Assembly: GCA_025350905.1 (NCBI GenBank) | Contig: JANXWY010000341.1 | Location: forward strand, 1-51,988 | Source of the DNA: Verrucomicrobiota bacterium | Lineage (GTDB): Bacteria > Verrucomicrobiota > Verrucomicrobiia > Limisphaerales > JADLHS01 | DNA length: 51,988 nt | Reading direction: 5' to 3' | Program-made: the position numbers and the translations under genes | The notes under the pieces: generated by a model | Seen by the model: the letters and a program-made list of their open reading frames with translations, nothing else | What the model was told of the DNA's origin: nothing | The model's database searches: none | Shown here: piece by piece, positions 20,241 to 29,434 of the stretch | How positions within the stretch are numbered: the stretch's first letter is position 1 | Layout of the letters: each line of letters begins with the position of its first letter

Positions 20241-20653
20241 CAGCTCTGTCTCCGAAAAGTCCCTTCCCCATTGGGTTGCTCTTCCGGCTGCAGAACCAAT
20301 TCTCGATCGTCCAGCCGGACTATGCGTGTCCGCTCGACGAATGGTAGTCGGGCGTTGGTATCGCTGTGGCTCGTCGTAGTATCGGTCAGAACCCCGCCCC
20401 GGAACAGGATTGTCCCCGACTCGCTGTCCCTCCGCGTTTCATTGGACTTCACAGTTGTCATCTCCGCGAGGTAACTGCCATCCGCCGCAATAGTAACGAC
20501 GTCTCTGTGTTCGCCGTCGATATTCGTTTTCTCCATTAACCAAGTACCCGCAAGCTTCGCCTGTATCTCCGCGTCACCCTCCACCGGGGATGCGTGGCGC
20601 TGCCCACAAGCTGTCAGCAGCATGCTCAACATGATCATCGAAACAAATCTCAT
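20240..20653 (-). CDS. Hypothetical lipoprotein (lipocalin-like), gene-cassette ORF
   Basis: Lipobox LLTAC, LAGTW motif; flanked by complementary TTCGGCA / TGCCGAAC core-like sites. Confidence 0.7.
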   Translation of the reverse strand: MRFVSMIMLSMLLTACGQRHASPVEGDAEIQAKLAGTWLMEKTNIDGEHRDVVTIAADGSYLAEMTTVKSNETRRDSESGTILFRGGVLTDTTTSHSDTNARLPFVERTRIVRLDDRELVLQPEEQPNGEGTFRRQS

Positions 20654-20660
20654 GGGAACT

Positions 20661-20763
20661 GCCGAAGGGCCAAACGATCAGAGCACGCGAGGGCAAACCA
20701 CGTGAACCGCGAAGCGGAACTGGACCGGCCATCCCGCGTTGCCTGCAGCGATTTGTGTGCGCC
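20661..20763 (-). mobile_element. Degenerate attC-like recombination site
   Basis: About 100-bp imperfect palindrome (GCAGGCAACGCGGG...CCTCGCGTGC) between cassette ORFs; decayed core sites GCGCACAC and CTTCGGC; ACAAATCGCTGC recurs at 20222-20233 next to GCCGAAC. Confidence 0.55.
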
Positions 20764-20770
20764 TGACATG

Positions 20771-20816
20771 GGTGTGAGCTGATGGGGTGAAAGGCCAATC
20801 CTCCCGCCTACCCGAT
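20771..20816 (+). mobile_element. Probable 3' remnant (end of domain V plus domain VI) of a group IIC-attC intron
   Basis: GGTGTGAG...CCTCCCGCCTACCCGAT joined directly to TAGCTGC, the bottom strand of the cassette core site. Confidence 0.5.
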
Positions 20817-21268
20817 TAGCTGCCTTTGTCACGACCATCTTTTCGTCTCCTCTCTTTCAGTGTCTCCTCTGCTTTCAGACAGGCTGCTTCTGACCAAGCC
20901 TGAAATCCAGTGTCGCTAGAAAAGGATAAAAAGGAACTCGTCGCTTCGCTTCGCTGTAAAAGGTCAGGGCGCTCGGCTACGACCAAATCCGAGAGAACGC
21001 GCATGAGCTCACGACCACAATCGAAGCACCAATTGGTCGCTCTACCGTTCGCGCCAATCTCTCCAGAGTCCGCGTCCTTGCCACAAAACTCGCACTTCTT
21101 CCCGAGGACGGACAATGCCTCAATCTCCTTCCAGTCCAACTTGTGGCGATCGAATCCGGTGGGTGGAGCGCAGTCCGGGCAAAGGGGAACGGTCTCCTCC
21201 TCCGCACCATCCACCACCATCCTGAAGTGGATCGTCGCCTCCTTCTGATGACACTTGGCACAACGCAT
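20816..21268 (-). CDS. Zinc-finger protein with McsA-like N-terminus, gene-cassette ORF
   Basis: CAKC..EATIH..LCPDC, CEFC, CFDC; bounded by GTTAGCTGC upstream and GCAGCTAA at the stop. Confidence 0.7.
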   Translation of the reverse strand: MRCAKCHQKEATIHFRMVVDGAEEETVPLCPDCAPPTGFDRHKLDWKEIEALSVLGKKCEFCGKDADSGEIGANGRATNWCFDCGRELMRVLSDLVVAERPDLLQRSEATSSFLSFSSDTGFQAWSEAACLKAEETLKERRRKDGRDKGS

Positions 21269-21349
21269 GGGCGATAGCAGCTAACAGAAATATTCACCGA
21301 AAGTCAGCGCTCGCGGATTAGGGGTGGTTTGAGGCGGCTTCATGGGGCG

Positions 21350-21378
21350 ACTTTAGGCCGCGACCCGCAGGGCGTCAA
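21350..21378 (-). promoter_or_regulatory. Sigma70-like promoter facing the cassette run
   Basis: TTGACG-17 nt-TAAAGT-6 nt-ATG 21343 of a 20-aa ORF that stops at the GTTAG core site. Confidence 0.55.
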
Positions 21379-21537
21379 CTTACGTTTCGGGGGGAATGAA
21401 AAACTCAAAATGCAGAAGGTAAACTGGGGGCGTAGGGCGGAGGCGGGTTGAGCGGCGGGGCGGCAGGAGCAGGTCAGAATCGGTGAGCGTCCCAACGGCA
21501 TCTTGACCCGTGCCGCGCATCGGGCCATCCTTACGGC

Positions 21538-21765
21538 GTGACGACGACCATTTCCAGCAAAGGCCAGGTGGTTATTCCGCGCCCGATCCGCGAGCGACAC
21601 AAATTTCGCGCGGGCGATGATTTTCTGCTCTTCGAGCTTGCCAATGGCGACATTATGCTGCGCCGGGTGCGTTCACCGAAGCAATCGCTCGCGTGGCATT
21701 TTCGCCGTCTGCGCGGCCTCACCCTGGAGCGCCGCCGCGAGCGGGTCCGGGAGGTCGCCTTTTGA
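21538..21765 (+). CDS. vapB: AbrB/MazE-type antitoxin (VapB)
   Basis: TTISSKGQVVIPRPIRE swapped-hairpin motif; upstream of a PIN toxin. Confidence 0.88.
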   Translation: MTTTISSKGQVVIPRPIRERHKFRAGDDFLLFELANGDIMLRRVRSPKQSLAWHFRRLRGLTLERRRERVREVAF

Positions 21766-22178
21766 ACTGGCTACTCGATACCAACACGCTTTCCGAACTG
21801 ACCAAGCCTTCACCCCACGCTGGTCTGCTCACCGGGCTGGAGGCGAACGAAGCGGAAGCCGCCATCAGCGCGATCAGCATTGGCGAAATCGTGGCCGGCA
21901 TCGAACATCTGCCGGCCAGCAAGCGGCAGCGTTCACTCGAACGCACCTTCAAGTTCCTCCGCGAAGATTATGCGGGCCGGATTCTGGATTTCAACGAAGG
22001 CGTGGCGGTGGAATGGGGACGGCTCGTGGCCGAGGCCAAAAGGCAAGGACGCATCCTGTCAGTCCGCGACAGCCAGATTGAAGCCACAGCCATTCACTTC
22101 GGCCTGACGGTGGTAACCCGCAACGGCGACGACTTCTATTATCCGGTCTTCAACCCGTGGTCACCGTCGGCATCTTGA
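21762..22178 (+). CDS. vapC: PIN-domain toxin (VapC)
   Basis: WLLDTN, SIGEI, DSQIEATA, VVTRN..DF; TTG start overlaps the antitoxin stop (TTGA). Confidence 0.9.
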   Translation: MNWLLDTNTLSELTKPSPHAGLLTGLEANEAEAAISAISIGEIVAGIEHLPASKRQRSLERTFKFLREDYAGRILDFNEGVAVEWGRLVAEAKRQGRILSVRDSQIEATAIHFGLTVVTRNGDDFYYPVFNPWSPSAS

Positions 22179-22227
22179 AGTCAAACCTCGCGCTCACCCG
22201 GCCCAAACTCATGCTCTCGACGCTGAT

Positions 22228-22623
22228 TCAGTCTTTAACTTTTACAATCCGATAGCCACCCGCGTCTTCTGGCAGCTTTGCGATCTGGGACAGCGACAAA
22301 TTATGAACGACTCGCTGCCTGCGGCACAACTCGACAATGCCAGTGTTCGCCGGCGTTGCGTCGGCAATCTTGATGACGCCGAAGAGATACTTGGTGCAGC
22401 CCCGGCGGAACGGCGGCACCGTGAAAGTCACACGACCATCTGGCGTGAATGGGTAATCTGAGGGTGGCTCGGTTGCCGTCACGCGGATGGCATAGCCTTC
22501 GAACCGTGCCGCCTGTAATTGGAGTCTTACCTCCGTACGTAGGCTGAAAGGCTGAAGCGAATAAGCACACCCCGTGAGCAGGGTGACCAGCAAGAGCTTA
22601 AGGAATGAAAGGTGGCGTATCAC
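22228..22623 (-). CDS. Hypothetical lipoprotein
   Basis: Lipobox LLTGC, 131 aa. Confidence 0.65.
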   Translation of the reverse strand: MIRHLSFLKLLLVTLLTGCAYSLQPFSLRTEVRLQLQAARFEGYAIRVTATEPPSDYPFTPDGRVTFTVPPFRRGCTKYLFGVIKIADATPANTGIVELCRRQRVVHNLSLSQIAKLPEDAGGYRIVKVKD

Positions 22624-22633
22624 GTGCCTGGCA

Positions 22634-24553
22634 CTAACGCGACGGGGGCGTCACGGTGGATGGCAGTCCCCGCAAATGTTCGTGGAGGACACGTCGCACT
22701 TCCTCGATCGCCGCCGGTTTGTCCTGGCAGGAATGGCCGCTGCGCACGATGAGCTCCGACTCCGCGTAGTCCACATGCGCGCTGGTGTATTTCACCACGC
22801 CGTCGTCGCCCGCAGGGGGTTGGTCGTCGCCCTTGATCGCAATGATGGAATTGGCTTTGATCGGCGGCGCGACCGGGAGCTCGGCCAGCTTCAGGAGAAA
22901 CGGATTCTTGGGTGACATGCCATCCACACTGGTGGGCATCTTGCCACGAAAAGAGGCGGGCAGTTTTACGTCCTGGCTGTGCAGCAAGAAATCCGTGCTC
23001 TTTTGCACCATGGCCTCGGGCAAAGAAACCAGTTTGCGAACGAGATTGCGCACAAAGTCGCCCGCCATATAGCTACCGCGATGGGGCGTGCTGATGAACA
23101 CCACCCGCCGCACGAACGGCAACGGTTTCAGGAACAGGTAACTGCGAATCAGTTCGCGCTGGGCTTCAGTGAAGTTTGCCTCCGCCAGCGGCTTATCACT
23201 GAATACGCTCCAAAGCTGGTCGCCGGTGTCGGTGGCCGTGAGCTTGGTCAGCAACCCGCCCTGGCTATGACCGATGACGACCATTTGGCGCAGGGCCGGA
23301 TCCTTCCCGTCGGGGTCCAGTTTTTGAATCGTGGCCGAGAGTTCCGCGCGGAGTTCGGAGGCGGACACCGGCAATGGGTTGCTGCTGCGATAGAGGAACT
23401 GCCAGATTTGAAAGCGCTCGCGCAGCACCGGGTCGGCATTCAGCGTGTTGACCATTTCCGCCCACCAGACGGGGCTGGAAAACGTTCCATGAACGAAGAC
23501 CACCGGCACCCGGCCACGCTGATACGGCCGCGACAAGAGCAATTGACTTCGCAAGCCCTGCCCGGGATTAAAAAACTGCAGCCGCTCCAATTGCCAGACA
23601 AAGGACTGGTTCAGCAGGTAAGCCGACGGCGCGGTAATATCAGTTTCCAACGGCACCTTGACCTCGCCCACCTGGACACTGGTCTGGTCGAAGGGACAAA
23701 ACAATTCCAGGGACGCAACACTTTTGCCCGCAGCCAGGTTGGCCAGCGAGTTCGTCACCCGAAGAAAGACGGTGGCGGGCGCGACCCCCTGAAAGCGCAG
23801 GTCCGGGTCCAATTTACGGACGGCGATCAACGGCGCGCCGACGCCGGCGTCACGATTGCGCACACTCGCTCCCCGCACTCGGAATTTGTCGGCCACCAGG
23901 AAATGTTCGAATTGGTCCAGCGGCCACGGAAAGCCCGGCGCGCTGAAACGCAATTCGATTTCACCCACGGGCAAGCGGCGATGACCTCCCACCAGCCGCA
24001 CGACGGCATTAGTGCCGCCCCGCTCGCCAAGCGCCCAGCCCAACCCGAAATTGTAGAGATCGCAAGCGATGCGGAACCGCCGATCAAATGCAACGGGTTT
24101 GGCGTCGCGGCCTTCGCCAAACAAAAAGAGGTACGCATACACCGCCGAACCGAGATAGTAATCGCGCGGGTCCAAGGTTTCCCACGGCTTGACGTTGCGC
24201 CGCAACTTTTCGCCCGCCAGATAACTCACCTCGGCCAGCGCAAACAGCAGGTCGCGCTCGCCGGTAGCCAGCGCCTTCGCATGCAGCTGGCCGACGGCCG
24301 CAACCGGTTGCGCCGCCACCAGGGCATCCAGATCGTAGCGGTGCAGCAGCGAAACGGTGTCCGCGCTGGGTCGGCCAGTACTGAGCACGTTGGCCGACAC
24401 TTGATTGTAGGCCGCTCGCGGCGAAACGCGATCCGCACCCATGCGCGTGGTGCAACCGGCCAGCAGCAAGAGCCACAAGTTGAGTGCGGTCATCGGAAGC
24501 CGAAGGATTTCGAACTGCCGCTTTGGATTTTGGCTGTTGGCTCCCGGCTTCAT
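22634..24553 (-). CDS. Alpha/beta-hydrolase (esterase/lipase-like) lipoprotein
   Basis: Lipobox LLAGC, VFVHG, GHSQGG nucleophile elbow, STPHRGS, DGVV, SGHS. Confidence 0.85.
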   Translation of the reverse strand: MKPGANSQNPKRQFEILRLPMTALNLWLLLLAGCTTRMGADRVSPRAAYNQVSANVLSTGRPSADTVSLLHRYDLDALVAAQPVAAVGQLHAKALATGERDLLFALAEVSYLAGEKLRRNVKPWETLDPRDYYLGSAVYAYLFLFGEGRDAKPVAFDRRFRIACDLYNFGLGWALGERGGTNAVVRLVGGHRRLPVGEIELRFSAPGFPWPLDQFEHFLVADKFRVRGASVRNRDAGVGAPLIAVRKLDPDLRFQGVAPATVFLRVTNSLANLAAGKSVASLELFCPFDQTSVQVGEVKVPLETDITAPSAYLLNQSFVWQLERLQFFNPGQGLRSQLLLSRPYQRGRVPVVFVHGTFSSPVWWAEMVNTLNADPVLRERFQIWQFLYRSSNPLPVSASELRAELSATIQKLDPDGKDPALRQMVVIGHSQGGLLTKLTATDTGDQLWSVFSDKPLAEANFTEAQRELIRSYLFLKPLPFVRRVVFISTPHRGSYMAGDFVRNLVRKLVSLPEAMVQKSTDFLLHSQDVKLPASFRGKMPTSVDGMSPKNPFLLKLAELPVAPPIKANSIIAIKGDDQPPAGDDGVVKYTSAHVDYAESELIVRSGHSCQDKPAAIEEVRRVLHEHLRGLPSTVTPPSR

Positions 24554-24735
24554 GGTTTGTTTCCGGGCGAAGCTTGACGCATCCGTCGCGAAAAATCCAC
24601 CTCCTTGACCACCAGCTTTACTGGCGCTGATTGAAGGGGGTTGAGGAAAAGCGTTTGGCGTTGTTTGGGAGTCCTCCGCACCGGGCAGAAGTCGATTGGG
24701 CGACCACCGTCCGCACTAAAGGTATTGGCCCGCCC

Positions 24736-26031
24736 TCAAGCCGCCGCCTGATCCTGCTTGCGGCGGACGATCGGCTTGATCTCCCCCAACACGACGGACC
24801 GCGTCACTTTGATGTCCAGGATGTCGCCGTTTTCGGGCACATCGTACATCACGTCCAGCATCAACCGCTCGATCAGTCCGCGTAACGCCCGGGCCCCCGT
24901 GCCCTTCTTGTGGGCTTGGATCGCCAGTTCGCGCAGCGCATCCGGCGTGAAATGCAGGTCCACCCCCTCCATCGCCAGCAACTTCGCGTACTGTTTGATC
25001 AACGCGTTCTTCGGTTCGATGAGAATGGAAACCAGCTGATCTTCATTCAACTCCGCGAGGGTGGTCACGACCGGCAGGCGGCCGACGAATTCCGGAATGA
25101 AACCGTAATTCAGCAAATCCTCCGGCTCAACATGCGCGAGCATTTCGTCGCGCGGGATTTCCTTCGCGATGGCCGTCTTACCCGTCGCGTTGAAACCCAT
25201 CGTGTGGCGACCGAGCCGCCGCTGGATGACCTTCTCCAGCCCCACGAACGCCCCGCCGCAGATGAACAGGATATTCGTGGTATCCACCTTGATGTATTCC
25301 TGCTGCGGATGTTTGCGTCCGCCCTGCGGCGGCACGTTGCAAACCGTGCTTTCCAGGATTTTGAGCAGCGCTTGTTGCACGCCCTCGCCGCTCACGTCGC
25401 GCGTGATGGATGGGCCTTCGGATTTGCGCGTAATCTTGTCAATTTCGTCGATGTAAATGATGCCGCGCTGGGCGCGCTTCACGTCGTAGTCGGCGCTTTG
25501 CAACAGCCGCAAAATAATGTTCTCGACGTCCTCGCCGACATAACCGGCTTCCGTGAGCGTGGTGGCGTCCGCAATGGCGAACGGCACATCCAGCACGCGC
25601 GCCAGCGTTCGCGCCAGCAGCGTCTTACCGGAACCGGTCGGTCCCACCATTAAAATATTGCTCTTTTCAATTTCAACTTCCGCGTGGAGCCGCGCCGGAG
25701 TTGGCTTGGGCGACTCCTCGCCTTCCGCCAGTGGCGGTTCGATTTGGATCCGTTTGAAGTGGTTGTGGACCGCCACGGCCAAAGTCTTTTTTGCCTGCCC
25801 CTGACCAATGCAATGCACATCCAGCTGGCGCTTGATGTCGGCGGGCTTGGGCACCGCGAACCGCGGCTGCCGCTTCTGCTCCAGCATCTGCGTCTCGCGG
25901 TCGAGCACGTTCTTGCAAAGGATGATGCAGTTGTCGCAGATATAGACGCCCGGTCCGGCGATGAGCTTCTTCACTTCCGCGTGCGATTTGCCGCAGAAGC
26001 TGCACATGGTAATGTTGGTCGGGCGGGCCAT
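24736..26031 (-). CDS. clpX: ATP-dependent Clp protease ATP-binding subunit ClpX
   Basis: CSFC/CDNC zinc finger, [27 protein letters not shown] loop. Confidence 0.97.
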   Translation of the reverse strand: MARPTNITMCSFCGKSHAEVKKLIAGPGVYICDNCIILCKNVLDRETQMLEQKRQPRFAVPKPADIKRQLDVHCIGQGQAKKTLAVAVHNHFKRIQIEPPLAEGEESPKPTPARLHAEVEIEKSNILMVGPTGSGKTLLARTLARVLDVPFAIADATTLTEAGYVGEDVENIILRLLQSADYDVKRAQRGIIYIDEIDKITRKSEGPSITRDVSGEGVQQALLKILESTVCNVPPQGGRKHPQQEYIKVDTTNILFICGGAFVGLEKVIQRRLGRHTMGFNATGKTAIAKEIPRDEMLAHVEPEDLLNYGFIPEFVGRLPVVTTLAELNEDQLVSILIEPKNALIKQYAKLLAMEGVDLHFTPDALRELAIQAHKKGTGARALRGLIERLMLDVMYDVPENGDILDIKVTRSVVLGEIKPIVRRKQDQAAA

Positions 26032-26099
26032 TTCAAATCCAGAAAGTTGAACGACGGAGGTCGAAGGGCAGGAGCCGATACGGTTTCATGCGTTTGTCC

Positions 26100-26747
26100 T
26101 CATGGGATCATCGACGGCTTCTCGGGCAAGCCGGGGATTTCCTTCCGCGATTGCACGACGTGGTCCACCAGGCCATAATGCATAGCTTCCTCGGCGCTCA
26201 TGTAATTGTCGCGATCACAATCCTTCTCGACCTGCTCAATGGGTTTGCCCGTGTGTTTGGACAGGATGCCGTTCAACGTCAGCTTCAGCTTGAGCATGTG
26301 CTTGACGCGGATCTCCACGTCGCTGGCCTGCCCTTCGGCCCCGCCCAACACCTGGTGGATCATGATGTTCGCGTTCGGCAACGCGTAGCGTTTGCCTTTC
26401 GCCCCCGCCGCCAACAGCACCGCGCCCATGCTCGCGGCCTGACCGATGCAATACGTGTTCACATCGCAGGTCATGTATTGAATCGTGTCGTAGATGGCCA
26501 GCCCCGCCGTGACGCTGCCACCCGGTGAATTGATATAAAGGTGAATATCTTTCTTCGGATCGGACATCTGGAGGAACAAGAACTGCGCGATGATGATGTT
26601 GGCGACGTTGTCGTCCACCGGCGTGCCGAGGAAGAGAATGCGGTCCACCAGCAGCCGTGAATAAATGTCCCAGCTCCGTTCGCCCCGCCCGGTTTGTTCA
26701 ACCACGATGGGAACGAGAAAATTTTGCATGTTCGATTCTTTACTCAT
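26100..26747 (-). CDS. clpP: ATP-dependent Clp protease proteolytic subunit (start 26747 or 26729)
   Basis: DIYSRLL, INSPGG, AASMG (Ser), MIHQ (His), DRDNY. Confidence 0.96.
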   Translation of the reverse strand: MSKESNMQNFLVPIVVEQTGRGERSWDIYSRLLVDRILFLGTPVDDNVANIIIAQFLFLQMSDPKKDIHLYINSPGGSVTAGLAIYDTIQYMTCDVNTYCIGQAASMGAVLLAAGAKGKRYALPNANIMIHQVLGGAEGQASDVEIRVKHMLKLKLTLNGILSKHTGKPIEQVEKDCDRDNYMSAEEAMHYGLVDHVVQSRKEIPGLPEKPSMIP

Positions 26748-26943
26748 CTGGTGCGCAAAGTAGCGGAGGCACCGGACAGCGTCAAGCCGCACACGGACCG
26801 CACACGGAGCGCCGAACACAGATTCGGCACGGTGGCCGGAGATTGATGCGGTGGGGCACCCGACACCAAACGTAATTTCATCCGGCCATTGCCTAGGGTA
26901 GGGTTTTGCTTGCGCAAGCCGTGACACCCACTAATTTCAATTC

Positions 26944-27156
26944 ATGGCATTGAACAACCTCACGGTCGCGGAGGAGGTACTCGGCCTCTCGCAAGGAGAA
27001 CGGGCCGAACTGGCAAAATTGCTGATCGCCAGCCTCGCCGACGACCCCCGCAGTGATGAAGAGATCAAAGCTGACCTGACTCGACGACTGAATGACATGA
27101 TCGCCGGGAACGACTCTGGACTGACCTTCAAGGATGTTTTCGACGCCCCCTTGTGA
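26944..27156 (+). CDS. Addiction-module antitoxin component
   Basis: 70 aa, LSQGERAELAKLLIASL...RRL pattern; GTGA overlap with downstream toxin. Confidence 0.7.
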   Translation: MALNNLTVAEEVLGLSQGERAELAKLLIASLADDPRSDEEIKADLTRRLNDMIAGNDSGLTFKDVFDAPL

Positions 27157-27452
27157 AGGCGCTCTTCAGCCGACAATTTCGCAACGATCTGCGGCGGGAG
27201 GAAGCGAATTACCGCGACAGTTCGGATCGATTGGCGAGTGCCTTTCGGGAGCGCGTCGCCGGACAAACGCGTGAGGTTATTCGTTGGCAGGGCGGCGATC
27301 ATGTCGGACCGCATGGTTTCCCTTGTCGGCGAACGCGGCCATTTCCCTTCTACATCTATTATTTCATCAAGGGCGATGTGATTTATTTTCTGGGCCTCGT
27401 GCATGAACGTCGCCACCCGGATTTTCTGAAAGGGCAACTGAAGAAACCCTGA
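27153..27452 (+). CDS. RelE/ParE-family toxin
   Basis: 99 aa basic protein with FPFYIYY and VHERRHP motifs. Confidence 0.75.
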   Translation: MKALFSRQFRNDLRREEANYRDSSDRLASAFRERVAGQTREVIRWQGGDHVGPHGFPCRRTRPFPFYIYYFIKGDVIYFLGLVHERRHPDFLKGQLKKP

Positions 27453-27508
27453 CCCTAGAACACAGTCAGAGTTGGCAATCGCTCGTCACCTCCGTAACTT
27501 TAAGCAGC

Positions 27509-28786
27509 ATGACCATTTTGGACGAACTCAACTGGCGCGGCCTCGTCGCCGACTGCACGGACACGGCGGAACTGACCAAGCGGCTCGCCGCCCCCACCAC
27601 GCTTTACGCGGGCTTTGACCCCACCGCCGACAGCCTGCATGTCGGCAACCTCGTGCCCCTGCTCGCGCTCCGGCGTTTTCAACTGCTTGGCCACTCGCCG
27701 ATTGCCCTCGCCGGCGGCGCCACCGGCAGCATTGGGGATCCGAGCGGCAAGACGGCGGAACGACAGCTCCTCACCAGGGAAATTCTCGACCACAACATCG
27801 CCAGCGTGAAAGTCCAAATGGCCAGACTGCTCGACTTCGACACGAAGCAAAATCCCGCGCGCCTGCTCGACAACGCGACTTGGACTGCGCCGGTCAGTTA
27901 TCTCGATTTCCTGCGCGACATCGGCAAGCATTTTTCCGTCAATCAGATGGTCGCCAAGGAAAGTGTGCGGGCACGCATGGAAGACCGCGAGGTCGGCATC
28001 AGCTACACCGAGTTCAGCTACATGCTGCTTCAGGCGTTTGATTTTTATCATTTGCGCAAAGAGTTCAATTGCGAGTTGCAGGTGGGCGCGACCGATCAAT
28101 GGGGCAACATCACGGCGGGAACGGAGCTCTGCCGAAAAAAACTCGGGGCGACCGTGTTTGGACTCACCTTCCCTCTCATGACCAAGGCGGACGGGACGAA
28201 ATACGGCAAGACCGCGAGCGGCACCGTGTGGCTTGCGGCCGAAAGAACCAGCCCCTATCGCTTCTACCAGTTCTTCATTCAGCTCGACGACACCGACGTG
28301 ATCAAAATCCTGAAGATGCTCTCCTTCGCCAACCAGCCACAGATTTCGGAACTGGAGCAACAGCACGCCGCCAATGCCGGCGCGCGCGCGCCACACAAAT
28401 TCCTTGCCGCCGAACTCACGGAGCTCCTTCACGGGAAAACGGCGGCGGACGACGCCCGGCGCGCGAGTGAAATTCTTTTTGGCGGCAATCTCGACGGCAT
28501 TTCCGAAGCCACCTTCCGCGAGATCGTGGGCGAAGTTCCCACCAAAGACATCGAGAAAGCCACACTTGACGGAACGGGCATCTTGCTCGTGGAATTACTG
28601 GTCCACTCAGGATTATGCCCGTCCAAAGGCCAAGCTCGCAAAGACCTCGAAGGTGGGGGCGTGAACCTCAACAACGTCCGCGAGGCCAACGCTGCCCGCG
28701 CCGTAACCACGAACGATTTGCTTTTCGGCAAACACGTCCTGCTGCGGAAAGGGAAGAAGAATTACGTCGTGGTGACGGCGAAGTGA
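27509..28786 (+). CDS. tyrS: Tyrosine--tRNA ligase
   Basis: YAGFDPTADSLHVGN, QVGATDQWGNI, KYGKT, C-terminal S4 domain with RKGKKNY. Confidence 0.97.
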   Translation: MTILDELNWRGLVADCTDTAELTKRLAAPTTLYAGFDPTADSLHVGNLVPLLALRRFQLLGHSPIALAGGATGSIGDPSGKTAERQLLTREILDHNIASVKVQMARLLDFDTKQNPARLLDNATWTAPVSYLDFLRDIGKHFSVNQMVAKESVRARMEDREVGISYTEFSYMLLQAFDFYHLRKEFNCELQVGATDQWGNITAGTELCRKKLGATVFGLTFPLMTKADGTKYGKTASGTVWLAAERTSPYRFYQFFIQLDDTDVIKILKMLSFANQPQISELEQQHAANAGARAPHKFLAAELTELLHGKTAADDARRASEILFGGNLDGISEATFREIVGEVPTKDIEKATLDGTGILLVELLVHSGLCPSKGQARKDLEGGGVNLNNVREANAARAVTTNDLLFGKHVLLRKGKKNYVVVTAK

Positions 28787-28814
28787 ACTTCGCAGAAGAG
28801 CGGGCTTCAGCCAG

Positions 28815-28968
28815 CCAGCGCCGTAGGCGCGGAATCTTCGTAGCCTGCACGGTCCGTTTTTCGCAAGCTCCGTCAGGAGCGGCATATTCCCCGACGATAT
28901 CGCTCCTAAGGAGCTTGGGATTGTTTTAGGGCGGAGGTTCTACAAATATGCCGCGCCGCTGGCGCTGG
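28815..28968. repeat. Nested palindromic element
   Basis: Outer CCAGCGCC..GGCGCGG..TAG / CTAC..CCGCGCC..GGCGCTGG; inner CAAGCTCC..AGGAGCG / CGCTCCT..GGAGCTTG. Confidence 0.7.
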
Positions 28969-28976
28969 TAAATGGC

Positions 28977-29045
28977 GTAGCGGCGACTCGGCAGAGCGCG
29001 GCCCTTTGGAATTCCGTCAGGGGCAGTCTGCTGACACACCGCTAT
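28977..29045. repeat. GTAG-capped REP-like palindrome (GTAGCGG...CCGCTA)
   Basis: GTAGCGGCGACTCGGCAGA pairs imperfectly with TCTGCTGACACACCGCTAT; shorter relative at 42694-42724. Confidence 0.6.
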
Positions 29046-29147
29046 GGGGAGAATGTGAATTACGCCGTGAAGACCAGTTAGCGCCCGTGCTTTCGGGAAT
29101 CAGGGCCCGGAGTGGCCGCCAGACTGAAAGAGCCGAACACGAAAGAG

Positions 29148-29210
29148 ATGAAGTTGGAGGAGGTCGTCAAATTGGTCGAACAAGCGGCCGTGCTTGTGCT
29201 CGTGTACTGA
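29148..29210 (+). CDS. Putative small peptide or gene-end remnant MKLEEVVKLVEQAAVLVLVY
   Basis: 20-aa ORF (32 aa from GTG 29112); 14/18 aa identical to the unit at 29287-29343. Confidence 0.35.
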   Translation: MKLEEVVKLVEQAAVLVLVY

Positions 29211-29214
29211 CCCT

Positions 29215-29282
29215 GTAGCAGCCGACGTGAGGAGGCTCATTTCAAACGCAGGAAGTCAGAGCCTCGTCACCTCGGCTGCTAC
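29215..29282. repeat. GTAG-capped REP-like palindrome (GTAGCAGCCGACGTGAGGAGGC family)
   Basis: 24-nt arms pairing 22/24; relatives at 15761 and 30714. Confidence 0.8.
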
Positions 29283-29286
29283 GATT

Positions 29287-29343
29287 TTGGAGGTGGTGGT
29301 GAAGGAGGCGGCGCAAGCGGCGGTGCTGGTGTTGGTTTACTAA
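29287..29343 (+). other. Second copy of peptide unit LEVVVKEAAQAAVLVLVY-stop
   Basis: Recoded copy of 29154-29210 with 7 synonymous codon changes and a TGA-to-TAA stop change. Confidence 0.5.
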
Positions 29344-29348
29344 TGTTC

Positions 29349-29434
29349 AACCACGAAATACACCAAACACACGAAAGGAACACTGCCCAGAATCGCCCGC
29401 CAGGTTTTTCGTGTGGTTCGTGTATTTCGTGGTT
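29349..29434. repeat. Palindromic element (AACCACGAAATACAC family)
   Basis: AACCACGAAATACAC...CACACGAAA / TTTCGTGTG...GTGTATTTCGTGGTT. Confidence 0.8.

Noticed and set aside
22979-24577. Long antisense ORFs (e.g. 532 aa here; also 34966-36342, 49000-50340, 31339-32448)
   Set aside because: They shadow well-supported genes on the opposite strand, as expected from GC-rich codon bias, and show no motifs
29154-29343. DGR template/variable repeat pair
   Set aside because: Differences are not adenine-specific and there is no reverse transcriptase in the window
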